Part shown: positions 52,425 through 64,000 of the stretch, piece by piece
How the letters are laid out: each line of letters starts with the position of its first letter
Position numbering within the stretch: the stretch's first letter is position 1
Assembly (NCBI GenBank): GCA_012295275.1
Contig: CM022671.1
Coordinates: forward strand, 36,394,001 to 36,458,000
Origin: Chrysomallon squamiferum
Taxonomy: Eukaryota > Animalia > Mollusca
Length of the DNA: 64,000 nucleotides
Direction of reading: 5' to 3'
Notes under the pieces: model-generated
The model's input: only the letters and a program-made list of their open reading frames with translations
What the model was told of the DNA's origin: nothing
Database searches by the model: none
Made by a program: the position numbers and the translations under genes

Positions 52425-55400
52425 CTCTGAACACATAACACAGCAGAAATGAGTTAAATCTCCTAACTGAAATTACCTGCAGTCCTTTCTGTCTCATGGC
52501 AACAAATTCTCTGTCGAAATTTCCGAACACTTTTTTTGGTGGTATTGGTAAATCAAGTCCAGATATTTTCAGCTGGGTGACGAGGTTGTCGAAGTCACTG
52601 TATCGCTTCATCAGGTGCCACGAGTTTTCCCTGAGAGGTCCACGCTGTACACGTATCATGTACTCCTAGCCAAATATCAACACATCATCAACTGGCTGAA
52701 TTATCAACATTTTACCAACTAAATGAATGATCTAATCAACTAGCTGAATTACCAACATTTTACCAACTAAATGAATGATCAACATCTAATCAACTAGCTG
52801 AATTATCAACATTTTCATCAACTAACTTAATTATCAACATCTTGTCAGTTACGTGAATTATCAACTAGCTGAATTAACAACATTATCAACATATGACAGG
52901 AAAAAGTACAGAATTTGTAAAACATTCTCTCAACCAGAAAGATAATCAGTTATCATTCCACATATTACAATGGGCTGATAAATCTATATGTTTTTATGTT
53001 TAGAGAGGAAACCCACACACAGTTTTCTAAATTGGAGTATTAAATTTTATCAATGACTAGTTAGGAAATGTTTTTAAATTGTGACATGAAAACACAGTTG
53101 TTAGTTTGTTGGGCACTTTCAGAATGGGAAAAACATCTAACTAACGGGTTCATCTGTGTGATTTCAACATATATCTGTGTTAGGCTAAAAAAAAAAAATG
53201 AGATTAGAGAGCTTGTTGATTCAGTCCTACTAAAAGTGTCGTTTCCATTCTTATCAGAAACATGTGACTGTTTTATCAAAATGGCCGTCTGCTTACAGGT
53301 AAAAATCTTTGTTATTAATTTTCTCTTTTATCCTCACTGTATAAAAACTGACATTAAAACATGTTGTGGTTTACTCATTTACTGATGAGATATCACTCTG
53401 TGACAAGTTGTGTTAAATTCCATGGTTTGTTTAAACATTTGAACACTGTTGCAGCAGATTTATATTGTTATATAACAAAGAAAACAAGTCAAGGTAACAG
53501 TCTTCAACTAAAATACTGTAACTTCATACTGGTTGCTTCTTATCTTAACCTACATACACATATAATACAACAGATATAATTACAAGAGCTATACACAGAT
53601 ATACTTCTAAATGTCATATACATTATAGTACACCTGTCAGAAATAGCTGAAGTCCACGTACAGATAACAACAATTATTTATATTAGATGTCCAAGATGTG
53701 GTTTTCTTTTCTAATAACACAATAATCATAATAGTAGTAGTAATAATAATAATAATAATAGTAGTAGTAGTGGTAATTATAATAATAATAATAACAACAA
53801 TTATTATAATAATGATGATTATAATAATAATGATCATCATTATTTTCTTCATTTATTTGTGAGATATTGTCTGGGTTCATCTGTAGAATTATGAAACTGC
53901 AATCAAATAACACTAATTACTACGTTTAGATATATAATTAAATTAAATCTGGAAGTGTATGTTTTCACACTTAGATGAACAGCTAACTGCTAACACAGAA
54001 TGCTCAGTTCACTATTTCACTATGTTTTCACTGTAATTAAAAGAATTTTAAAAAATCATGGTACACGTTATTCAGAATCCTACTGCTGCACCCTATGCTG
54101 TTTTGTAAACTACTAAACAGTTCTAAAGTGCACTGAAGATTGTTGTTAACAAATATTGTGCCAATTTTTTATTTCTAATGAAGTTCTTCATAATGGTAAA
54201 TAATTATTTCACTGATCTTAGTATTTGTTATGTATACACATACATGTATACTGTTTACTTATAATGCTAAAAATAAATAAATATATATATATATATATAA
54301 AAATAAAATTAAAAAATGAATTAAAAAAATGTATTAAATAAATAAATATAAATGAATAAAAATCAACAGTTGTCTAAAACCAAACAGAGAGTGTTAAACA
54401 ATATGGAACAAAAGAGTATTCATTTGAAAATTAATGCCCTTCTAATTTATATACAATATTTTTATTATTATTCTTTTTTTAAATTATCTCAGTGAAAAAG
54501 TTGACTCAGTGTGCCAGGTCATACAGGAGATAACACAACTCTTCTGAAGAGTCTTATTTCTAATATGTAGGACATAATATTTTAATTGTGTGTTCACATG
54601 GTTCTTCACGTGAGGAAATTACAGTACTGGTCAGAGATGAAATATAAAGATCTGTCAATCCAAATGGCTAATTATCTTATTGAAGAATAATGTTGATGAC
54701 AAAACGCTAGTCACAAATTAGTAAGAAAGATTCTGAATCAATCTTAGTTACAGAAAGAATAGATATTGTCAGTTAATTTATAGTTTGATGAAAATAGCCA
54801 TGTCTAACTTATTTTCAAGGAAACCTTTACTGTTTATATTTTGTACATTGGTTACACTGGAAAGTTTGTTTTGAGGAATATTTTATCTCTGACAAACAGT
54901 ATTACACGACAGCTTACAAATTGATATATATATATACACATATATATGCAGGGCAAAAAGTATGGCTGATTAATACAAATAAAGTAGTAACTGTCTATCA
55001 GGTATGACAAAACTATGTAGGTTTCACAAGCATTATAAATGTGATACATGGATACCAATCAGCAGTAAAATAATTGTTTTATGACAACTGCTCTTTATTA
55101 TTATACATAATATAAAGATATTGTGGTCTACATTAGACCTAATTCTGTGACTGTTTAGGAATTTAATTATAATCGGAACGTGATATAAAATCGCTGCTCA
55201 GAGTCTATAATTACCAGTCAATTATCAAACTAGTTGTTGTTAAAACAGATTTTTGAAAATAAAATGTTCCCTCCTATAAACTCACTTTACATAGGTCTAA
55301 AGAACAAGGAAGTATGCTATATATAAATTGTAATGTAATCGGTAATTGCAACGTACAATATGATCACCATTCTTCTGGGCAGATTCGATCAAACACGTCA

Positions 55401-55461
55401 AGAGCTGTGTGTCATCTAACGTCAGTCTGGACGATTTCACATCTTCAAATACCTGCGCCAT
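42546..55461 (-). CDS. PXK: PX domain-containing protein kinase-like protein (PX + pseudokinase + poly-Pro/WH2), ~14 coding exons
   Basis: Exon 1 at 55461-55357 (MAQVFEDVKSSRLTLDDTQLLTCLIESAQ), then 52665-52477 (EYMIRVQRG..ENSW...RYSDF..LPIPPKK..GNFDREF..RQKGLQ), 52227-52131 and 51681-51604 (ALQHVSMLFRSEPNW). Further exons lie at ~50860-50933, ~50279-50353, ~49522-49767, ~48847-48971, ~48419-48536, ~47157-47237, ~46586-46709, ~46156-46240 and ~45691-45817. Last exon 42724-42546 (RGALLGSISSF..LKKT...DKSAPKI*). The pieces follow the recalled vertebrate PXK sequence in order. Confidence 0.95.
44095..44420. repeat. 49-bp minisatellite (~6.5 copies) in the last PXK intron
   Basis: Unit GATATCAGTAATATTTCTAAACAGGATATCATGTTGGTTCAGTGTGGCA. 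Confidence 0.9.
47740..48425. repeat. 32-bp minisatellite overlapping a PXK splice donor
   Basis: Unit GAAGTAGGGATACTAAATGAACGTACGTATCT, decaying away from the exon. Confidence 0.9.
49280..49470. repeat. 27-bp minisatellite (~7 copies)
   Basis: Unit TATACAAATAACCCAATCATTTTAATG. Confidence 0.9.
51400..51617. repeat. ~43-bp minisatellite (5 copies) containing the PXK exon-4 donor
   Basis: Unit includes TTTCCAGACTGTG|GTAATTTTAAATTATTTAAA on the minus strand. Confidence 0.9.
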
Positions 55462-55910
55462 ATTTATCAGAAAAAAACTACATCAAGGCATGTTACACGA
55501 CTAAAACGTAAAAAATTAAGCGCTAACGGATTTGTTGTCTTCTGGGGGCGTGCCATATGACCCTTTTGCCAAAAAGCGGTCTATAAATAAATGTCGTAAC
55601 ATCCACGCTTGTCAGTACTTGAGAATGATTCTGTAACATATATAATAATATTTCAGAAATAATATTGAAGTCTATTAAATTATTTTTATAATTAACAAAT
55701 TTATATTCTACCTCATTATTTATGCCTGACATATCTATCGTGCTTTTCCGGAACACTTCGTGACGATTAAGTTAAACAAAGTCGCTACGTTTTGACACTG
55801 AATTACTATATTAACAAATACAATAATTCGGATCTTCTAAAATATATTTTACATGTGTAGAATTTCTGAGATTTATTCATTTGTATGATTTTGTACGGTG
55901 CGGAGAGACA

Positions 55911-55957
<47 letters not shown>

Positions 55958-56530
55958 TGCGTGCGTGCGCGCGTGTCTAAATTTGTTTTAGTGTTATCAC
56001 TAACAGTCAGGAATACTAAAAAGTGATGTTTCTTACGATCAAGTGTAAGACAAAAAATTACCAAAAATATACAGAATTAAAGTTACGAGTGAATGTAATG
56101 TTTGGATTAAATCTCGAGGGTAAAAATGAAACAATTTAAAAGCATTAGTTTAAATTGAAACTAAATATAAACTAATATATTTCAAACCAATGGATTGATC
56201 TGGGTATAACTTGATTTGTGTATCATTGTGTCACCACCTTCGACATCACCACATTAATAATACCATTAATACTGTCATACTAAATATTTACCTATTTACT
56301 TAATTACTTAGGTAGTTATTGATTTAGCTATTTACTTTATTTCTTTACTTTATTTACTTAGTTATTTTTTTTATTTATTATTATTTACTTTATTACTTAT
56401 TTATTAAATGATCTATTTATTTATTTATCAAGCGTTATAATGAACTTGACAAATATTTGCAAGTTTAAGCAGAACACATCTGTACTAACGATAAAACGAA
56501 GTACAGTCGGTGTATTTGCAGGTGGACAAT

Positions 56531-57532
56531 ATGTCAAAGGTTAGAGAGAGGATACCTGAGTTTCTGGAGAAGATGACGCAAGATCTTGAACGATGTGTCA
56601 AATTTTGGCTAGATAACTCACAGGATACCGAATGCGGGTAAAATATTTTCATACTGTAGTTAGCTTCGACTTACTAGTTTGTCACACCCGGATAATTATA
56701 TACACCTACTTACTGCATGTCGCACTGAATACGACTACGTTTATTTGCAGTGGATTTTTCTCGTGTCTCGGTGAAGATGGTAAAGTATATGATGACAACA
56801 AGTACGGCTGGCTTCTCAGTAGACAGGTATCAAAGATATCAGACCGCTATAGACAGGTTTCAAATGTATGACACTGCTACAGACAAGTAATAAATATATC
56901 ACACTGCTACAGACAAGTAATAAATGTATCACACTACTACAGACAAGTAATAAATATATCACACTGCTATAGACAGGTTTCAAATGTATGACACTGCTAC
57001 AGACAAGTAATAAATATATCACACTGCTACAGACAAGTAATAAATATATCACACTGCTACAGACAGGTATCAGATATATCACACTAAAGACAGGTGTCTA
57101 ATATATCACGCTGTTTTAGACAGCTATCAAATATAACAAATCATTGCTATAGATAGGTATCAAATATATCACACCGCTATAGACAGGTATCAAATATATC
57201 ACATAGTTTTAATTTGATCTCTCTCTCTCTCTCTCTCTCTTTTATAAAAAATAGATAGATAGATAGATATAGATTGATTGATTAATAGATAAATAGATAA
57301 ATAACTTTAATAAATAAATTAAATAAACAGAAATAAAAAATTAAATTATGAAGTAAGTTTACATTATATAGGTTTGGACATTTGCAAGACTTTACAATGA
57401 GGTAGAAGGCTACAAAAGAGAAGACATTTTAAACGCGGCAGTAAAAGGTATTTTATAAGCTCGAGTAAATTTAAATTAATTAAAAATAAATAATACGATA
57501 TTCTCAAAGTGTTTTCATAAGTCGACGAAAAC

Positions 57533-57568
<36 letters not shown>

Positions 57569-57668
57569 TTCTTTCGGACGCTTGAAATAAGCAGACTAAA
57601 GCATATATATATTTCTTCATAAGTCTTATATATGAATGTTTATTTGCTCGAGCTATGGTTATGAATTT

Positions 57669-57726
<58 letters not shown>

Positions 57727-58183
57727 TTCTTCATAAGTCTTATATATGAATGTTTATTTGCTCGAGCTATGGTTATGAATTTGCTCTCTCTCTCTCTCTC
57801 TCTCTGTTTTCATTTAGTAAGTAACTATATGTATGTATGTATTTATTAGGTGCAGATTTCATTATGAAACATGTCAAAGACTCTGACTCACTGAGATGTG
57901 CTCTCACTCTGAACAGAAAAGGGGAAATAACAAAATTTCAGAAAACGATTTTCTCAGAATGTTTTTATGTCATGGCGACATCCGAACTTTATAGAGCTAC
58001 GAAAATACAAATTTACAGGGTAACTGTTCTGATATTTTTTATTTAAAGTTCTTTCTTTATAGAATTTTATTTATACAAGTTAACAACCAAAACAATTATT
58101 CAAGTCAGTATTACATTATATCAGTGCGCTGTCTTGCCGTAGTCATTTGGTGATATTCAGTATGCATCGAGTCTCTCTCTGTC

Positions 58184-58223
<40 letters not shown>

Positions 58224-59514
58224 CTGTAACGAATATTAAAATAATATTTGATTATTCGCTTTCTTTTTCACTTAGGAAGAAGCGTCACAGATTTTTGAAA
58301 AAATAGCTTTTTGGATTCAAGAAAACGACGATGAACTAACTGGTCCCAAATTGCCAGGACACCAGTTCATTAACCAACTTGCCGTTCCCATGATGCTGTT
58401 GTGTGTGCTGGACCAGCTGGAGTCGTCGATAAAACCGTCGGTGACGTCACTGAACGTCGTGACAGAAGACTGGTGTGTTCGACAGATTTTGGCTCACATC
58501 CAGGTATCGCCGAGTTATACAGAGTTGACTTTTAAAATACTATTTAACTTTTACTTACCAAGTATAATAATATCAATAATTAAATTAGCATAATTATATC
58601 AAGAATTTTGTTTTTACACATAAAATTGTCCTTTTAATCATAATACAAGTCAAAAATACATGTTTAGTATTTTGTTAATGAAGACGGTGGTTTTTTTTTT
58701 TTTTTTTTTTTTTCATTATAAAGCGAAACGGAACTGCAGTTTTAGAAAATGTGTCTGTGGATGGGAAAGAACTGCCTGGAAGCGCGGGTCGCCTGATGAT
58801 CCCTGGTAGTGTATGTTTTCATTTTCCTCAAACATGGACAAAACGTTGTAGTCTGTATGAACACTAGTATTGTGTGTGTTCACATTAGAAACATTGTCAC
58901 AACGTAGTAGTCGATATGAACACTGGTATTGTGTGTTCACATTGGAAACACTGTCACAACATAGTAGTCTATATGAACACTGGTTTTATCTGTGTTCACA
59001 TTAGAAACATTGCCACAACGTAGTAGTCTATATGAACACTGGTTTTGTGTGTTCAGACTGGAAACACTATCACAACGTTGTAGGTCTATATGAACACTGG
59101 TATTGTCTGTGTCATATCTGTATAAAGATGTTCTTATAGAATCAGTGTTAATGATGTTTTATACTAGAGATGTTTCCCGAGAAGAGAACGACGTTTTTAA
59201 TATAAACGGAACATCTCATTTGTACTCAAACCTCCACGTCTATCATAATACAGAATAAAATAGTTAACACCTGTTTAAAATAATAATAATAAAAAAATAT
59301 TTCTGTTGGATTCCTGATTAAGAAAAATGTATGTAAACAACAAACAATTTAGATATGGAAAAACAAATGATAACATGATATCAGATACTGATTTTTTGGA
59401 CTGGGATCCCTGCAGATAAAATCGTCTTGCATTATACTTTTGGACAAAACTGAATTTTTATCAAAAGTGTTGTTTATTTTCAAAAAAAAAAAAATAAATA
59501 AATAAAAAAAAAAA

Positions 59515-59545
<31 letters not shown>

Positions 59546-61565
59546 AAAAAAAAAGTTTTTAAAATAAAACTTGAAGACTGTAAAATTGTTGTTTTATTGT
59601 AACGTTGTCTTCCAGGTCACGCTATAGAAGCAGGCTGGTTTCTTTTGAAACATGCTCTTAAGACAAACGACAGACAACTGAAAGATACGGCAATTGAGAA
59701 GTTTATGGTGAATCCGTTTCTGCGAGGCTGGGATTCTCAGTATGGTGGTTTATTTTATTTCCTGGACGTTGACGACTTTTCACCAACTCAGCTGGAGTGG
59801 CACATGAAGCTGTGGTGGCCGCACAACGAGGCTCTTATTTCGTTCTTGATGGCCTACAAAGAAACTGGAAATGTTGAGCATCTCCAGCGATTTGCAGAAA
59901 TCTTTGACTGGTGTTACACACACGTACGATACACACACTCAAATTAGAAACAAGTTTTACACTGGTGTTACACACACTCAAATTAGAAACAAGTTTTACA
60001 CTGGTGTGTTACACACACTCAAATTAGAAACAAGTTTTACACGTGTGTTACACACACTCAAATTAGAAACAAGTTTTACACTGGTGTTACACACACTCAA
60101 ATTAGAAACAAGTTTTACACTGGTACGATACACACACTCAAATTGTTTACACACACTCAAATTAGAAACAAGTTTTACACTGGTGTTACACACACTCAAA
60201 TTAGAAACAAGTTTTACACTGGTGTTACACACACTCAAATTAGAAACAAGTTTTACACGTGTGTTACACACACGTACGATACACACACTCAAATTAGAAA
60301 CAAGTTTTACACTGGTGTTACACACACGTACGATACACACACTCAAATTAGAAACAAGTTTTACACTGGTGTTACACACACGTACGATACACACACTCAC
60401 ATTAGAAACAATGTTACACACACTCAAATTAGAAACAAGTTTTACACTGGTGTTACACACACGTACGATACACACACTCAAATTAGAAACAAGTTTTACA
60501 CGTGCATTCAAAATTACTCGTGTCCATGACTGCGATAAAACAAATGAACGTAGAACGAAACATAATCATAGTTTATCTTAATACTTTGTAATTCCAATTC
60601 AAATAGTCAGAGAATGGTGATCAAAGGTAATTATCCACATTTCCAGTGAAAAAATATTTATCGACATCTTATTATTAAAATTTAAATATATGTATACAGC
60701 TACATAAAACAATAAAACATTTAATATCAATGGTATGTTACAGGCCGGATGTTAAAGATGCCTTAATTTGATTGTTAATGTTTTGTTTTGTTTATTTATT
60801 TTAGTCTATTTTTTATATTTTTTTAATTTTATTTTTTTAGTTTGTTGATGATGTCAACGGCGAGTGGTTTGGGTATCTTAACAGGCAAGGTGAAGTGACA
60901 CATAACTTCAAAGGAGGCCCATGGAAAGGTAATTCAGTTTATCACGTGAAAGTTTCTTTCTGTTAATTTTCGAATAACTAAGAAAACATCTGACTAGAAA
61001 TCGACATAAGTAGAAAAAGAGAAAAATAAAAATCAGTTAACAGACTTTCATACTGAACCATCAGTATGTAAAATTTTCACTGCCCTCTGAGTGTTCTATC
61101 ACTGTTTTAAATACAGTTATTACTGATCGTGTTGACAGTGATCTATCACCGTTTTAAATACAGTTATTACTGATTCTGTTGACAGATCTATCACTGTTTT
61201 AAATAAAGTTATTACTGATTTTGCTGACAGTTCTATCAGTTTTAAATAAACTCATTACTGATTCTTTTGACAGTTCTATCAGTTTTAAATAGTTATTATT
61301 GATTCAGTTGACAGTTCCATCAGACTGTTTTAAATAAAGTTATTACTGATTGTGTTGACAGTTCTATCACTGTTTTACATAGTTATTACTGATTCCATTG
61401 ACAGTTCTGTTTTAAATAAAGTTATTACTGATTGTGTTCAGAGTTCTACCAGACTGTGTTAAATAAACAGAATTTCTACTAACAGGTTTCTTCCACGTTC
61501 CACGATGTCTCATGATGTGTCAGCAAATGTTAAAGGAACTTCAGTGCCATGGCAATCAGAAGTGA
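56531..61565 (+). CDS. RENBP: N-acylglucosamine 2-epimerase (renin-binding protein), 9 coding exons
   Basis: Exons 56531-56637, 56751-56826, 57372-57447, 57850-58019, 58276-58503, 58724-58805, 59616-59923, 60841-60928 and 61486-61565. Motifs: [87 protein letters not shown]. Confidence 0.95.
56820..57200. repeat. 30-bp minisatellite starting at the RENBP exon-2 donor
   Basis: Unit AGACA(A/G)GTAATAAATATATCACACTGCTAC. Confidence 0.9.
58845..59110. repeat. ~59-bp minisatellite in RENBP intron 6
   Basis: Recurrent ATGAACACTGGT..TGTGTTCACATT.GAAACA.TGTCACAACGTAGTAGTC. Confidence 0.8.
59908..60505. repeat. ~39-52-bp minisatellite starting at the RENBP exon-7 donor
   Basis: Unit CTGGTGTTACACACAC(GTACGATACACACAC)TCAAATTAGAAACAAGTTTTACA; it explains ORFs 59871, 59996 and 60143. 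Confidence 0.9.
61090..61485. repeat. ~50-bp degenerate minisatellite ending at the RENBP last-exon acceptor
   Basis: Recurrent TTCTATCACTGTTTTAAATA..GTTATTACTGATT..GTTGACAG. Confidence 0.8.
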
Positions 61566-62592
61566 AGAACCAGAATCAACAGCTATAGAAGAAAGCCCCA
61601 GAAATATTTCTTATTTAAAACAATAGTGATGATGATAATAATGTTATGTTACATTTCAGTCTATTTTTGACAGAATGTGAACATTACTATTAGATAATTA
61701 TTTTATTCGCCAGTACAGCTAAACAGCAAAATATTGTAATAAAACATTTGCCAAAACATTTAGAACTTTATGATCATTGTTTATCTTGTTAAAGCTACCT
61801 AACAAACCAAACAAATTATTCAGATACAAACATTAAAATAGTTCAAAATCAGCATTTGCATCTCACTAAACAGATAGACAGTGATACAGAAAAACAATAA
61901 TCATCATCATACAACTGTAAATGAAACACAATTTTAAACATGGACAAAGTGTAATTCCAGGGTGAATGTAGGTTGGTGAATATCTTCACTGACAATGTTA
62001 GTTAAAAAAAAAAAGTTGATTTTATTTTACAATGTTCATGGATAACAATATGATAAGAAAATATAATTTGTGAATTAATTTCTCAGGTGCTGGTCTAAAT
62101 GTGTTGTTTTATTTAACTAGTATGGTAAATGTTAAAGCTAATCTCAAGTATTAAATAAAATGAGATATACAAGACAGCCAGCAAGTATTTTACAAATGTG
62201 CAGTTTGAATATGTGGTATAACTCAATCACAGTAACAGTGCAGCGTGTGTTTTTGAAGTTGTGCAGTAAAAGCTATATTTAGACACAAAAATCTTTGTAC
62301 ATGATTTTCAAAACACATTTTACTATTTTAAATATTATCTTCTGTACACCAGTTTTCACTAATCTCCAATCATAAACTGACAGCCTCAAGTTCGAAACAA
62401 GAAAACCATCTTACATGTAAACATACTCGAACAAATTCTCCTATTACCAGCTCTACTGAAAAACAGCCTTTTCAAAAACCAGTTGCTTAACATTTTCATC
62501 TTACAGAAAACTGACACAGAAATATTTTATCAAACACATGATTTAGAAACAACTGCTGTAGAAAACACATTATAAATGCACGTTGTTTTACA

Positions 62593-63328
62593 CTACACCT
62601 CGGCTTCTATTTCTCGAGGTATGCTGTTCTCTGCATTTGATTCCATATTCTTAATGACAAGAAAAGCAAAAACAAGAAGCACTATGAACACTGAAAGTTT
62701 CACCCACAAAGGAATTCCTTTTTTTGTTGTTGTTGTCACTGGGCTGCTGCTGGGTGTACCAGGTGGTGTTCTGAGTGAAAAAATAAACAATTAAACAACA
62801 CAAAACAAGAACTATGTAATGGATTTTTAATGACATTTATTAAATTAGAATATTATATTTGTAAATAAATTTAAGATAAAAAATGTAAAAGTTAAATATA
62901 TCAAACTGCTAAATAAAAGACAGGATTGGATTCTTAAAAAAAAAGAAAAAAGAAAGAAAGATCTGTGAAAAAAGACAGTACCAAAACCATCAAGTGCGAG
63001 TATTTCCAGCAAAATGAGATATACATTAACTGACACATGAGTTAAACATGTCAAAAGATGTTATACATTAACTGACACATGAGATAAACATGTCAAAATG
63101 TGTTACACATTAACTGACACATGAGTTAAATATGTGAAAATGATTTGTACATTAACTGACACACAAATTAAATATGTGAAAATGATTTGTACATTAACTG
63201 ACATACAAGTTAAAAGGATTATGTCTAACCTGCGAGGTAAAGGTCGGATGCGATCTCCAGCTCCCTCGAACTTTGGGTTACGTGCTGGAGATATTATTGG
63301 AATTGGCCGTTTCCTCATTTCTGTTTGT
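62593..63328 (-). CDS. Last two coding exons of a tail-anchored membrane protein, LAP2beta/emerin (LEM family)-like; 5' part lies outside the window
   Basis: Exons 63328-63230 and 62770-62593 splice in frame: QTEMRKRPIPIISPAR...RPLPRRTPPGTPSSSP..KKGIPLWVKLSVFIVLLVFAFLVIKNMESNAENSIPREIEAEV*. One TM helix, with PLW.K and ME.N recalling the LAP2beta C-terminus. No LEM domain is visible in the window. Confidence 0.55.
63020..63212. repeat. ~41-bp minisatellite
   Basis: Recurrent TACATTAACTGACACATGAGTTAAA.ATGT.AAAA. Confidence 0.8.
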
Positions 63329-64000
63329 CTGCAATAGATTTATGTCCCTTTCTTAATCCAATGTAGATTATTTCAAAACAAATACTTCTTAATAATGAAA
63401 CAGTAATATTAACAGAATAAATAAATAAAAATAAAAATAAAAATAAACACATAACCCTTTCTCTATAACAAACAAAGGTCAGCTGGAATAAACATGTCTG
63501 GATTCCTCATTTAGACATTTCTTTGGTTTGTCTGGGGCACTTTTCAAAATGACTGCCCTGTCAGAACCTAAGATTACTATGGTTTGTTTGCATGCAATCA
63601 TTTGTTGACATCAGGATTCAGTAAATATTACTGCCAATCAGGCTGTGATTAAAATAAATTACAGTCTGCATTATTAATGGTTCAGAAAGAACAAAGACTC
63701 AAAAAAACAACAACTGAGTAATGTATTCTCTTATCAGGATTTAAATAAATAAAAATGTAATTTATGGCACAAGTAAATTATATTTATTACAGCTGTGTTG
63801 TGTATTAAACAGATGAGGAGATTAGACAAGCATGTAACTAGTCAAACATTTCATGTCGGTCATTTTTTTTAAAAAACAAACCCTGTCCCCACAAAACAAA
63901 AGAAGCAAAAAGTTATTATAATTTAAAAGAAAAGAAAAAAGAAAGAGAAAAGAACAACAACCAGAAACACAATAATAGTAATAATAAAAAAGCCAACACC

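Noticed and set aside
58716-58940. Minus-strand 74-aa ORF
   Set aside because: Antisense to RENBP exon 6 plus minisatellite sequence.
59871-60581. 236-aa repetitive ORF and overlapping ORFs
   Set aside because: An intronic minisatellite that happens to be open in several frames.

Overview
AT-rich, intron-containing animal genomic DNA, rich in microsatellites and minisatellites; probably an invertebrate, possibly a mollusc (inference only). Conserved genes, left to right: the 3' part of a kelch-repeat (scruin-like) gene (+), an intronless uncharacterised ORF (+), PQBP1 (+), PXK (-), RENBP/N-acylglucosamine 2-epimerase (+), and the 3' end of a LAP2beta/emerin-like tail-anchored gene (-). Between the convergent 3' ends of PQBP1 and PXK lies a cluster that the ORF track largely misses. 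It holds four 4-exon genes (one with a nonsense codon) and two relics, encoding secreted 75-80 aa peptides with an invariant C-x8-C-x3-C-x10-C-x6-C-x-C framework typical of the CS-alpha-beta defensin/scorpion-toxin fold. Promoters, signal peptides and introns are highly similar between copies, while the mature peptides are hypervariable. The youngest pair differs by 8 nonsynonymous and 0 synonymous changes in the 144-nt mature exon. The cluster grew by inverted duplication and by tandem duplications that start in PQBP1 exon 6; the latest (18 kb + 11 kb units) has a readable PXK/PQBP1 microhomology junction at ~31776. All gene models were assembled by eye from GT-AG signals and translation; no database search was run.
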